Origin: a virus
Taxonomy: Duplodnaviria > Heunggongvirae > Uroviricota > Caudoviricetes
DNA length: 64,000 nucleotides
Virus record (IMG/VR): IMGVR_UViG_3300035208_001055
Location: 56,494 to 120,493 of that record
Direction: 5' to 3' (one strand)
Shown here: piece by piece, positions 53,754 to 64,000 of the stretch
How the letters are laid out: every line of letters starts with the position of its first letter
How positions within the stretch are numbered: position 1 is the stretch's first letter
Position numbers and translations under genes: made by a program
The notes under the pieces: model-generated
Told to the model about the DNA's origin: nothing
Database searches by the model: none
Seen by the model: the letters and a program-made list of their open reading frames with translations, nothing else

Positions 53754-54671
53754 TTAGCGCCGTCCCTTACGACGTAAGCCGAGTTTTTCGGGGTCTTTTT
53801 CTCGGAGTTCACGATATTGCTGTGGGGTCAATTTCCTCACATCAACTCGTCCGCTACCCGGCGCGCCGCCGGTGTTCATACCGCCCCCGATACCACTGAC
53901 AACATTGACTTTGAACAAGTTGCCATAAATATCCGGTAATTCTGACATCCTTTTCACAGCCTCATGCGGAGTCAGAACCAATGTGACGCCCTCGCCAGTC
54001 TGAGGATCAACACCAGACATCTCAACCTTCGGCTGGTATGTCTCCCTCGGCTTGCCGGTCGTCTCATCCACATCCTGCACCAATTTTGTTTGTCCTCGCA
54101 ATAGCGTGACAATCTGCTCCGGGCGACATGCACCGTGAACAACGGCTGCATCTTGCAGCGAGCGTTCAATCGAACTTTCACGGTACAGGTTTTCCCAGTA
54201 GCCCTTCTGCCTCTCCAACTCGCCGATCTTCTGACTGAGAGTTTCTTCAACTCTCTTCTTCTCCAACGTCAGCATTTCTTCCTTCGTTCGCAACTCACCT
54301 CGCACAGCCGCAAGATTCTCTTCCAGCGTCTTCCGTGTCGCTTCCGTCATAGTCTTGTCTTCGAGGGCAGTTGCCAACTTCTGCTCCATCTGTGTCAAGG
54401 CCGCTTGGTGCTTCCGCTTGTCATCAGCGAGAAAACGATTAACGTCGTCTTGCGTGAACTTCGCAGCAGCCTTCGCAGCAGCGTCCCTCGCAGCGGCTTC
54501 CTTTGCAGCAGCATCCGCAGCCGCAGCCCTTGCCGCATCCGATGCAATACGGGCCGCTTCCGCAGCCGCAGCAGCGTCATCCGCGCCCTCAAAACAAGAC
54601 ACTTGACCACGAGACCAATACGACCGATTCATCAAACTTTTCATCATAGTTCCTCCTGGCGTCTTCCGCAC
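53754..54671 (-). CDS. Scaffolding protein
   Basis: Ala-rich low-complexity stretch (AAAAAEAARIASDAARAAAADAAAKEAAARDAAAKAAAK) followed by a coiled coil; directly upstream of the capsid gene. Confidence 0.5.
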   Translation of the reverse strand: MRKTPGGTMMKSLMNRSYWSRGQVSCFEGADDAAAAAEAARIASDAARAAAADAAAKEAAARDAAAKAAAKFTQDDVNRFLADDKRKHQAALTQMEQKLATALEDKTMTEATRKTLEENLAAVRGELRTKEEMLTLEKKRVEETLSQKIGELERQKGYWENLYRESSIERSLQDAAVVHGACRPEQIVTLLRGQTKLVQDVDETTGKPRETYQPKVEMSGVDPQTGEGVTLVLTPHEAVKRMSELPDIYGNLFKVNVVSGIGGGMNTGGAPGSGRVDVRKLTPQQYRELREKDPEKLGLRRKGRR

Positions 54672-54771
54672 ATTGCCTTGCTAGGAGCACCAGTTTCCTA
54701 GCGAGTCAAGCCCAGTTTCGTAGTGCCAACTGGTATGCAAGCACAGCTACCCGCTGTGTCATGCAGGGTGT

Positions 54772-55296
54772 TTACGACACCCTAGTAATCTTTACCGCAT
54801 CTCCGTCACGCAAGTATGGTCGAATCAATCGCCACGCAACAGCATTTGGAATCATGTTAATCAAATGCTCAATGGGCGTTTGTCCGCGTTCATACGTTGT
54901 CTTCACTCCGCCATACGTCTGACCCGTAACCGCGAGAACTTCCAACTCCAACTCCGGGTCCTTGTTGTCGAGCAGGCTGTGGGCGATTTCATACTGAGCA
55001 ATTCGGATGTCTTCCGGCACAGTTGTATCAGCACCACGTGGAAATTCATTGGGTTGTGTTGCCTCGGCCGCTTGAATCGTTTCGATGTCGGCATCGGGGT
55101 CCGCTTCCAATACGGTATACACAGGGTGTTTGTTTCCCTTAAAATTGAGTCCGTCAATCAGGCGGCGTGCCGAGATAAGTGCATTCGTCTTGTCTGTCGC
55201 TGACGCCGATGACCAAGCAAATTCATGCAAGCGAGTGACAAAGTATTCCTCTGCCTCAACAAGCGTCCCATAGTATGTTGCATTAAGCGCCATCAA
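54772..55296 (-). CDS. Hypothetical head-module protein
   Basis: 174-aa ORF. Confidence 0.3.
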   Translation of the reverse strand: MMALNATYYGTLVEAEEYFVTRLHEFAWSSASATDKTNALISARRLIDGLNFKGNKHPVYTVLEADPDADIETIQAAEATQPNEFPRGADTTVPEDIRIAQYEIAHSLLDNKDPELELEVLAVTGQTYGGVKTTYERGQTPIEHLINMIPNAVAWRLIRPYLRDGDAVKITRVS

Positions 55297-55301
55297 TCAC
55301 C

Positions 55302-56453
55302 TCACGGATAGAAACGAAGCCAATCCAAATTCTTACGATCCTCGTGAACTTCGTACCACCCTTTTCCATGTAAATCAGAAAGCATCTCAAAATATTCCTG
55401 ATACTTGTAACGTACCCTGTCCATCGAGTAATTTGCCATCGTGCGTTGATGCGTATACCACGTGTCAATTTCGCCAATATGTTTTGCTGCCCAAATGAAT
55501 TGATCTAACGTATGACATCGAAATCCTGTTTTTCCATGTTCAACTGTTTCTGGGAAAACACCAAAGTCTGTTGTGATAACAGGCGTACCGCACATCTGCG
55601 CTTCAACCGCCACTGTTCCAAAGGGTTCAATATACAAAGTAGGAACAAATGCTGCTTTTGCATTTTGAAGCAACGCATCCCGTTCCTTGCCGATTACCGG
55701 CCCAACATACTGGATATGATCGCCGGTGTAGGTGCTTCCATCACTACAAGTAATCTTGTTGCCCTCTTGTTTGGCACCTTGGCCCGCCATAATCAATTGT
55801 GCGCCAATGCGTCGAGTTGTTTCGACTGCAATCTCAAGTCCCTTACGGCGGACCATTCTTCCAAGATATAGGTAGTAATCTTGTTTCTCGGCCTTGTAGG
55901 TGTATTCATCCGGGTCAAGATAATTAGGAATCACCACATCATACAAATGTCCATCAGGGTCAAAACCACCTTGAGCACCCCAAATCTTGTGCATGTGGGC
56001 ATAAGATTCAAAAACTCGGTAATTCGCAAAAGGACCATTATATCCGATGCCATACTCAACAGTCAAAACGTCCTTATCCAACAACTGCACAATAGGTTGA
56101 TTCAAGCGTCCCATAATGACGCAAACGAAATCACCCTTCCGCTGTCTCTTTTTGATTTCCGAGGCCGACCGTTCGTTAAGCAGTTTCCAGTATTCCGCTT
56201 TACCCGTCCAGTCGGCACTGTAAAGTTTGTTGATGTCGAAAGGTCCGAACCAACCCTCTTGTTCCTTCGCCGACAAAACAACCACGTCCTCAGCCCACTC
56301 AGATACTTCGCTATTCTCGGCTCCATAATGGATCACTTCGTGACCGAGGCTGTTCATCATCCTAATGAAACGAAGAATCTTGATTGTGAAAGCGCACGCC
56401 GTGTGGCGTTTGCTTGTTTGTGTATGAGGTAAACCAACAACATGAAATCTCAT
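55302..56453 (-). CDS. Glycosyltransferase, GT4-like (GT-B fold)
   Basis: C-terminal EPFGTVAVEAQMCGTPVITTDFGVFPETVEHGKTGFRC (E-x7-E GT1/GT4 signature). Confidence 0.7.
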   Translation of the reverse strand: MRFHVVGLPHTQTSKRHTACAFTIKILRFIRMMNSLGHEVIHYGAENSEVSEWAEDVVVLSAKEQEGWFGPFDINKLYSADWTGKAEYWKLLNERSASEIKKRQRKGDFVCVIMGRLNQPIVQLLDKDVLTVEYGIGYNGPFANYRVFESYAHMHKIWGAQGGFDPDGHLYDVVIPNYLDPDEYTYKAEKQDYYLYLGRMVRRKGLEIAVETTRRIGAQLIMAGQGAKQEGNKITCSDGSTYTGDHIQYVGPVIGKERDALLQNAKAAFVPTLYIEPFGTVAVEAQMCGTPVITTDFGVFPETVEHGKTGFRCHTLDQFIWAAKHIGEIDTWYTHQRTMANYSMDRVRYKYQEYFEMLSDLHGKGWYEVHEDRKNLDWLRFYP

Positions 56454-56536
56454 AAATTTTTCTCCCTCGTTACACCGCTTTCGCGGATTGTCGGGTCGGC
56501 AGAATCGCCAAATTCTGCCGACCTGTTTTACTTATC

Positions 56537-57745
<1,209 letters not shown>

Positions 57746-57760
57746 AGTTATCAGCCCTTA

Positions 57761-58078
57761 TTAGAAAGCAATCCACGTGACTATCGTACCAGCATCAGTG
57801 CTGACCAGCCACAGCTTGTTCAAATCATCAACAAACAACATTGGACTTGCCTGTCCGGCCTTGATCGCAAAACCAAGAACAGAGGCAGTCTTCCCGAGTG
57901 ATACGATAGCAGCAGCAATCGTCTCGTCAATTTTCAAATACAACCCCTTCCGCAGTGGAAGTGAGGCGGCTTGAATTTGAACCGGTGTCGTCCCAACAGT
58001 GACTCTGCCCGTCCAAAAGTCGGGCAGGGATTCTCTATCAATCTGCATTGTTATTCTCCGTTTGACGACCATCACCAC
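57761..58078 (-). CDS. Hypothetical protein
   Basis: 105-aa ORF. Confidence 0.3.
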   Translation of the reverse strand: MVMVVKRRITMQIDRESLPDFWTGRVTVGTTPVQIQAASLPLRKGLYLKIDETIAAAIVSLGKTASVLGFAIKAGQASPMLFVDDLNKLWLVSTDAGTIVTWIAF

Positions 58079-59837
58079 GAACCCGTGGCATTGTCGTCGG
58101 TTGTAAGTCTGTGTTTCGGCTCAATTCCTTTTCATCAGAGCCACCTTGATCGTCAACGGCTAAATCCTTCACACCACGAGCCGCCGGATTCCCACCACCT
58201 GTCACACCTTGAACAGCCGCGATCCGTTTTGCACGTTCCGTGCTTTCTTTCTCCGCAATTTCTGCTTCGCCCTCATCAAATCCTGCGGCGACCGATGCCG
58301 TCTGGCTGCCACAAAGTCCGGCGTTCTTTAAGTCAACTAGGGTCTTGGGGTCACTTGTTGTATAGTTGGCACTGTCGATCTCTTTTTCAATCTTTGCAAT
58401 AGTCTCAAGATCAACCTTTCCAGCCAGCAAAGAAGCGACAACCAACTTGCTCAATTCCTTCTTAACCGTTCGTCCCGGCACAGCATTTACCAACGCCGCT
58501 AACTTTTCAGCCTCGTGAATCCTGTCTGTGTCTGTCTTCAGACTATAACGATCAGGATACTTTATCGTGGCGACCAGTTGTTGTTTCGAGTCACGGTTCT
58601 CATACGCAGCCCAATACTTCGCAACCTGTCGTTCCGCGTTCTCCAAAACCAAGCCAATGAATGACAACCCGGCTTCCAACCCCTGATTATCCATCTCCTT
58701 CGAGTCGGCCGATGCACGTGCGCCAATGTTGGTCACGGCAAGGTTAATCAACTTTCGGATGTCGGCTTCCAACTTGACTTGTAATGCCTGCGAAGCTGTT
58801 AGGGTCTCCGATGACGGATTGATAAATGATGGCGGGTCCATGTCAAGACCATAGACGCGCCCATGCACAACGCCGACTTTTACCGCCTCATCTGCCGCTC
58901 CCTGACCGCCAGCACTCGATGTTCCATCCTCTGTTGCCACTCGTTTCAAATGTGCGCCAATTGCTCGAAGATCACGTTGTTCAACTAGGAAGGGGAAATT
59001 CGCCTTCAAAGCATAATTCACATCACTCGACACAAGATTCAACAAAGCGATCTGATAATAGGCTACGTCTTTCAAAAGACTGTCACCAATATCAAGCACG
59101 ATAAAGGGAATTTGTTTCAACTCAAGACGTGTTGGCTCCGTCGCCGGGAGACCTTCTGAGTCAATCATCTCGCCCTTCATGTTGTAGAATTGAAGCATGA
59201 CATCTCCTGTGTCAGCGTCAATCCACATCAAACGATAACGTTGTCCTGTCAATGTTGGAAGATATGTGTCCTGATCGAACTCAAGAGTTGTGTCTCGCAA
59301 CAAAACCGACTGAAACTGTGAAGGCTTGTCAGCGCCAACCATTCGCCAGTTGAGAATATCCTCGACCGCATATTGGTATAGGTATGGCTGTGTTGTGGGG
59401 GCCTCAGCCAGTGTTCGTGCATTTTCGATCACCGGGGCGTCAACATAGATGCCAACTCGACCCATTACCAGCAAGTCCGTCAAGACTTTCATTCCGAGAA
59501 ACGCATTCATTGTAGAACCGTTTCGGTCAACACCGTCACGCTCCCCGTTGATTGCCTTCTGGTACGCATCACTCCCGCCACGACGGAGAATATCACGCAT
59601 ACGCTGAAAAATCGCGTTGCGAATATCGTTCACCGCTGCCCGAGCGAATGTCGGAATCGGCGTGTTGTCTCGGCGGAAATTAAAATCTGTTGTTTCTTCG
59701 CGCGTGGTAAACTGTTTCAAGTATGTGTAACGGTAGTCTGACCCACCGGCATACGTCTTACGCCACAACTCCCAGTCATTGATCCCCGTCGTTAAGACGG
59801 GATGGCGACTGTCGATAATGCGAACAGGATCACTCAT
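58038..59837 (-). CDS. Portal protein (by position and size)
   Basis: 599 aa immediately downstream of the terminase large subunit. Confidence 0.5.
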   Translation of the reverse strand: MSDPVRIIDSRHPVLTTGINDWELWRKTYAGGSDYRYTYLKQFTTREETTDFNFRRDNTPIPTFARAAVNDIRNAIFQRMRDILRRGGSDAYQKAINGERDGVDRNGSTMNAFLGMKVLTDLLVMGRVGIYVDAPVIENARTLAEAPTTQPYLYQYAVEDILNWRMVGADKPSQFQSVLLRDTTLEFDQDTYLPTLTGQRYRLMWIDADTGDVMLQFYNMKGEMIDSEGLPATEPTRLELKQIPFIVLDIGDSLLKDVAYYQIALLNLVSSDVNYALKANFPFLVEQRDLRAIGAHLKRVATEDGTSSAGGQGAADEAVKVGVVHGRVYGLDMDPPSFINPSSETLTASQALQVKLEADIRKLINLAVTNIGARASADSKEMDNQGLEAGLSFIGLVLENAERQVAKYWAAYENRDSKQQLVATIKYPDRYSLKTDTDRIHEAEKLAALVNAVPGRTVKKELSKLVVASLLAGKVDLETIAKIEKEIDSANYTTSDPKTLVDLKNAGLCGSQTASVAAGFDEGEAEIAEKESTERAKRIAAVQGVTGGGNPAARGVKDLAVDDQGGSDEKELSRNTDLQPTTMPRVRGDGRQTENNNAD

Positions 59838-59839
59838 GC

Positions 59840-61510
59840 TTACACCGATTTTGTAATGTCTTGGTTCGTTTGAATTGCAGCAGCAAAACGTAGGCCAACG
59901 TCTGAATAAAGTAAAGAGTGTGCATAGTGATCGGGTCCCATGTTTTTGTAAACCATGTGCAACCCACCATGCTCATCTTTCTCGTATGTTCGGACCATCG
60001 CCTTCAAGTGTTCTCTGTATTCCAACGAAATGTCAGCCGGAAGAAAAATACGCGGTGGTTTTGTCTTGAAACGTCCTAGCGTGCAAGAAAACCAATTCGA
60101 CCTGTCAATCTGTGCAATTGGAGCGCCACTGTCCGGGTCTACAATTGTCATTTCACGTGCTTGATTTCCGTCTCGATACCTTGTAAGCCAAACAAACTTG
60201 GGATAACGACGGGCAAAGTTTCGGGCTTCATTGATATTCGGGTCAGCATCAACAACACACGCAAGCACTTGCCACTCCCGCATCAACTCGTCAAGAATGT
60301 TCCAATCCTCTTCGCCAAAATGCCCATACCACACTAATTTTCCAGTGGCCGCTGCGTTTGGGTCGCTATCGAGTGTTGGGAGAAACCACTCTGTCACACT
60401 GATGTAACCAATGACCCCCGGATCAACTCCCATCGTTATCAAACGCTCGAATGGACGTGTTGGCCGCTTATCATTGATGGTGTAATTTCGGACACAATCC
60501 GTCAACATCTCATCAGTGATCTGTGCCCCCTCGCCTAAAAATGGTTTTCCAAGTCGAGAGTTGTTGAAAACTGTCGCTGCGGCTTCGTCGCCCATGCTAC
60601 CGAGATGAGCTACAACCAACTCTCCCGGCGTGACCGTATAACTGTAAAGCTGATTGATCGCAAAACCGCGTACATCAGGATTACAGTTAAAATTAGTTCG
60701 TTCCCACGTCGCATCACTCAGGAAGAGTGGTTTGTCAGCGTGATTGATTCGTCCCTTGCATTCTTTACACTTCAAAAACGATTCATGGCATCGCGGGTCA
60801 TAGTGTGACTCACCGATAATCTCGACACAATCTGGCCAAATGAACTCGGTACGTTTACTGCAACAAGGACACTTGAAAATGAAATGTTCTTGCGTCGAAC
60901 CAAGAAACGCCTTGTGTACTCCAACGTTTGGAAGTGTCGGTGTTGAAATTCCCCAGATATGTTTTTCAAGTTGACCTGCTTGGCGATCCATCGCCATCAG
61001 AATTGCTTTTTCTTCCATCTCATCCATTTCGTCCAAGATCACATCGGACACTGGAATGGACTTTAGATTGCTGTCGCCCCTTGAACCTCGAATGTAAAGT
61101 GTGTTCGCCCCGGCTCTCTTTATCTCAACCGAATCTGTTTCGGTGAACATCTGTTTGATATGCGGACTCAAGTACAACGCAACATTGAATCGAGCCTTAC
61201 TGAAGTCACTCGCGTTTTTCTGCGTTGGAAGAACATACAACACGTCGCGGTGGTGTTGATCCAAAACAAACAGTGCGCGGTTAATGCAAACCTCTGTCAC
61301 GCCCATCTGGGCGGCTTTCATCGCATAATTATGCGTTGCTGTCGAATCAAGAATCTCGCGTACCCACGGATGATACTTCCACCCATACGGTCCTGGGAAA
61401 GGTGGCCCCATAATACGACGACTAGCCGACCAACGGGAACACGTCGTCAGGTTCAACGCTTCCAACCCCTCATCAAACAGACGCCAGACTTCTGTACATT
61501 TATCACTCAT
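59840..61510 (-). CDS. Terminase large subunit, lambda GpA-like
   Basis: Deviant Walker A MKAAQMGVTE (compare lambda gpA KSARVGYS) and Walker B VILDEMDE. Start moved to MSDKCTEVW. Confidence 0.65.
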   Translation of the reverse strand: MSDKCTEVWRLFDEGLEALNLTTCSRWSASRRIMGPPFPGPYGWKYHPWVREILDSTATHNYAMKAAQMGVTEVCINRALFVLDQHHRDVLYVLPTQKNASDFSKARFNVALYLSPHIKQMFTETDSVEIKRAGANTLYIRGSRGDSNLKSIPVSDVILDEMDEMEEKAILMAMDRQAGQLEKHIWGISTPTLPNVGVHKAFLGSTQEHFIFKCPCCSKRTEFIWPDCVEIIGESHYDPRCHESFLKCKECKGRINHADKPLFLSDATWERTNFNCNPDVRGFAINQLYSYTVTPGELVVAHLGSMGDEAAATVFNNSRLGKPFLGEGAQITDEMLTDCVRNYTINDKRPTRPFERLITMGVDPGVIGYISVTEWFLPTLDSDPNAAATGKLVWYGHFGEEDWNILDELMREWQVLACVVDADPNINEARNFARRYPKFVWLTRYRDGNQAREMTIVDPDSGAPIAQIDRSNWFSCTLGRFKTKPPRIFLPADISLEYREHLKAMVRTYEKDEHGGLHMVYKNMGPDHYAHSLLYSDVGLRFAAAIQTNQDITKSV

Positions 61511-61787
61511 GGCGGATTGCTGTTTGTCTCTCCTCGCGGACCCCAATAATTGCGCCTAGACGTGCGTGCAATCGTTTCAATTGCTGAATCGGGTCGCCAG
61601 GAAGATCAAGAACAGTGTACCGAAACAACAACTCCAACTGACTGCCACACGACACCATCGCAGCCTTCCACAGCATCTCGCCTTCGGCTGCGCATGTAAT
61701 TGACTCAAATGTCCGGGCAACCGGTGTTGGCAATTCGTCATCAGGGCAATTTCGACATCTTCGCTTTGACTTGAATCGCACTGCCAT
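61503..61787 (-). CDS. Hypothetical protein (possible small terminase subunit or Zn-finger protein)
   Basis: 94 aa, CRNCP motif; its stop overlaps the terminase start. Confidence 0.25.
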   Translation of the reverse strand: MAVRFKSKRRCRNCPDDELPTPVARTFESITCAAEGEMLWKAAMVSCGSQLELLFRYTVLDLPGDPIQQLKRLHARLGAIIGVREERQTAIRHE

Positions 61788-62011
61788 TGTTACGCCTCAG
61801 AACTCAAGAAGCAAAGGTTGTAGGTTGCAATGATTGGAGAGTAGAGGAACCGGTTCGCAACAGCCAAACAGGAGAGAAGTACATCGCCACAAAGAACGTC
61901 GCCAGCGACTTCATCGCGCTACCTACAACCCTTGCTTCTTTAGTTCTCGAAACACTCTCATGGAAGAGTATATCGAGAACCAGCCTCGCTACGAGGCTAG
62001 TTCAGATTTCG

Positions 62012-62434
62012 TTACTTCGTCGCCGGGACAGGGGCGTCTTGGATCACAGAAGTGTCTTCAGGCTTCACGGCGTCCGAAAGTTTCGAGGCAATAAATGCCC
62101 GACCCGCTTCCGTCTTCAGTTTCTCAACCAGTACCTTGTCGAACACGGAGTTCAACTCTGTGAGAATCGCGTCCTCGCCGGAAACCGACAAGTCAGCCAA
62201 CGCCTTGATCTTCGTGGCCATTCCCGCAATGTCGGCAACAGAATAGTCGATCAAGAAATCAGGAATCCGCACCAAGCCATACGACCGAAGAACAGCGGCC
62301 AACTTCGCGGCACCGCGCCGACGGTCAACCACGGCAGCGTCCTTCTGAAACAACCACTTCGCGCCGAGAAAGCCGACCAGAGCCAGCAACACAAGCATCA
62401 CAACAGTTTGCATCGGAATCAACATGAGTATCAC
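62012..62434 (-). CDS. Membrane protein (holin-like candidate)
   Basis: N-terminal TM LIPMQTVVMLVLLALVGFLG. Confidence 0.3.
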   Translation of the reverse strand: MILMLIPMQTVVMLVLLALVGFLGAKWLFQKDAAVVDRRRGAAKLAAVLRSYGLVRIPDFLIDYSVADIAGMATKIKALADLSVSGEDAILTELNSVFDKVLVEKLKTEAGRAFIASKLSDAVKPEDTSVIQDAPVPATK

Positions 62435-62471
62435 CTTTTACCTTTAATAGTTTGTAGTACACAAGAACGGA

Positions 62472-63176
62472 CTAACCCTTGTCCTTCGACACGGCGCGCC
62501 ACTCCACAAGAACACCAATACCTCCCGCAACCAGAAGTACGCCAAGCATCAACCACAATGGCGGCAAGTTCCCTTCCACGGCCGGGGCGTCGGGTGCGAC
62601 AGGTTTCGCATTATTATCAAGTGGCTGTGGCGCTGGATCACTGCCATCAGGCGTGACATCCGGGGCCGGATCGGGGTTTGGCGTTGGACACGGCCTGCTG
62701 TTATTCCGCCTGTAAGGCAAAATGTAACCACGCTGCGTCTTATTTACGCCATTCGCCAAGGAAGCATAAAGTCCCTCCGCCGTAAATGGCAGACTCGTGC
62801 CCGACGCCTCATAGGCAACAACACCTTGGCTATCTTGCAACCTGACAGTCGGCAAGCCCTTCACATTCGGGGCATACCGTTCCTTATACATCACCGAATC
62901 CGATGTCACCGGAATAAAATGTACCTGATCCTTCAGTTTCTTCAAACCGGTGTTTGTATCAAACCATCCAACAATGGTTTGATATTGTGTGTTCTGGGAA
63001 TTTCCCACAACACTAATGTACCACTTACCTGCGTCTTGGGGCAGGTTTACGACTCTCTCCTCAGCCAACACACCATTGATCGTGTCACCACTGATCGTTT
63101 GAGCAAAACAAGAGGTGGGAGCCGCGAGAAAGATGCTCACAAGGAGCACACAGAACGCGAGCAACAGATTTTTCAT
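62472..63176 (-). CDS. Secreted protein with C-terminal membrane anchor
   Basis: Signal peptide MKNLLLAFCVLLVSIFLAAPTSCFA, a Pro-rich linker, and a C-terminal TM LWLMLGVLLVAGGIGVLV. Confidence 0.3.
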   Translation of the reverse strand: MKNLLLAFCVLLVSIFLAAPTSCFAQTISGDTINGVLAEERVVNLPQDAGKWYISVVGNSQNTQYQTIVGWFDTNTGLKKLKDQVHFIPVTSDSVMYKERYAPNVKGLPTVRLQDSQGVVAYEASGTSLPFTAEGLYASLANGVNKTQRGYILPYRRNNSRPCPTPNPDPAPDVTPDGSDPAPQPLDNNAKPVAPDAPAVEGNLPPLWLMLGVLLVAGGIGVLVEWRAVSKDKG

Positions 63177-63220
63177 AGCTTTTCCTCTACTGTGAGAAAC
63201 AGGGACAACTTCCTACAACA

Positions 63221-63811
63221 CTACCGTGGGAGTGGGGCTGCCGGTGCATATAATGGAGTCACGGCCCATCCATCACTTGCCTTCCATTCAGCGATCAACG
63301 CCGCCCGAGGCACCCACTTATACTTTGAGACTTCGTTGTTATTGAGTAGGCACGCCCATTTGTCGTCAAGATGAACCAAGGCCACCATGTGAACACCGCC
63401 CATGACTGTAATCCCACAACCACGCCGGGTTCGACACGCCCACTCAAGAAACTTCACATCGCCGCTGGTCGTGTATGCGTAGCGGACTCCCGCACGATCA
63501 AACTTCCCAGACAATCCCGCCGGTGTCTCGCCGCTATCATACATCTTCCGCCATTTCGCGGCCAGTGCATTCCGTCCTTGCCACCGCATCAAACTAATCA
63601 TGGTCGCATGAACACACGACCCCTCACTTTGACGACCCACCCAGTTACTCTGTCGTAATTCGAGAGGTAAATTCACAACAGGTCTTTCGACACTGTAAAT
63701 TGGAGTCGCCGGTTGATCTGGTAAAAGTGGCGTGTCAATAACAATCCCGCCATTGTAGCACACGAACACCGCGCACGCCATCAAAACTACTGCCAGTATC
63801 TTCTCGCTCAT
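63221..63811 (-). CDS. Membrane-anchored putative Cys/His peptidase (possible endolysin-type peptidase)
   Basis: N-terminal TM, then QSEGSCVHATMISLMRW (Cys) and GGVHMVALVHLDD (His/Asp), a papain/C39-like order. Confidence 0.3.
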   Translation of the reverse strand: MSEKILAVVLMACAVFVCYNGGIVIDTPLLPDQPATPIYSVERPVVNLPLELRQSNWVGRQSEGSCVHATMISLMRWQGRNALAAKWRKMYDSGETPAGLSGKFDRAGVRYAYTTSGDVKFLEWACRTRRGCGITVMGGVHMVALVHLDDKWACLLNNNEVSKYKWVPRAALIAEWKASDGWAVTPLYAPAAPLPR

Positions 63812-64000
63812 TTGATTCTCCGTGGCTTACACACCACTCCGTTCCAGCGTAGGTGTCGAAGAAGGTGATTCGGGTTCCATCGGCTTGCGTTGCTCGATGG
63901 AAAAACGCCTATCACCGCCAAAGCCGCAGCTAACCACTCCGAGCAAAAAATCTTGTTCAAATCTTGTGGACGAAACAATGACTCAACGTAAGAAAGCCCA

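Noticed and set aside
52089-53777. 562-aa plus-strand ORF
   Set aside because: It is antisense to the major capsid gene and has R/S/T/H-rich non-protein-like composition. Long antisense ORFs are common in GC-balanced coding DNA.

Overview
This 64 kb window reads as most of a tailed-phage (or prophage) genome, with near-gapless gene packing. From 1 to ~26810 the genes are on the minus strand: DNA metabolism, early and accessory functions. A divergent control region sits at 26811-26972. It is followed by a short plus-strand replication block from 26973 to 31713. From 31710 to 63811 the genes are again on the minus strand and form a classical lambda/siphovirus-like late operon (terminase, portal, scaffold, capsid, tail, tape measure, fibers). 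Several calls rest on motifs I can see: an ATP-dependent DNA ligase (KxDGxR), a Ro60/TROVE+vWA protein, and a family A DNA polymerase with a 3'-5' exonuclease domain. Others are a primase-polymerase fused to a D5-type helicase, a DEDDh exonuclease, a beta-class DNA methyltransferase (DPPY), a SAM methyltransferase and two metallophosphoesterases. There are also an SNF2 helicase, a sigma-70-like factor, two ParB-like proteins, a VRR-NUC nuclease, a trypsin-like protease, a GT4 glycosyltransferase, two collagen-like proteins and a GpA-type terminase. A tRNA cluster encodes Met-CAT, Pro-TGG, Thr-TGT and Ile-GAT, and there is one extra tRNA-like gene. The most unusual locus is directly upstream of the Ro60 (rsr) gene on the same strand. 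It contains two over-long tRNA-like RNAs, each with a 7-bp acceptor stem, a D-arm and a canonical T-arm, plus five copies of a ~25-nt motif. The motif's RNA form is GGG(U/C)CGA(A/G)G...GGGUUAUC, which closely resembles the conserved 5' Ro-binding region of Y RNAs. I read this as a phage-borne Ro60 / Y-RNA (YrlA-like) array, possibly acting with the adjacent ligase. Other points of interest: an 84-aa protein that is about 70% Asp/Glu, just upstream of the SAM methyltransferase; a 29-bp perfect inverted repeat nested around a 9-bp inverted repeat between the ParB-like and primase genes; three tandem ~340-aa paralogs in the tail-fiber region; fiber and collagen-like proteins that share N- and C-terminal modules; a candidate -1 frameshift site in a tail chaperone; and a 41-bp tandem repeat with internal palindromes. 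Note that the ORF track prints M for non-ATG starts, so several start coordinates below were moved to internal ATGs. All functional calls come from motif recognition by eye, with no database searches.
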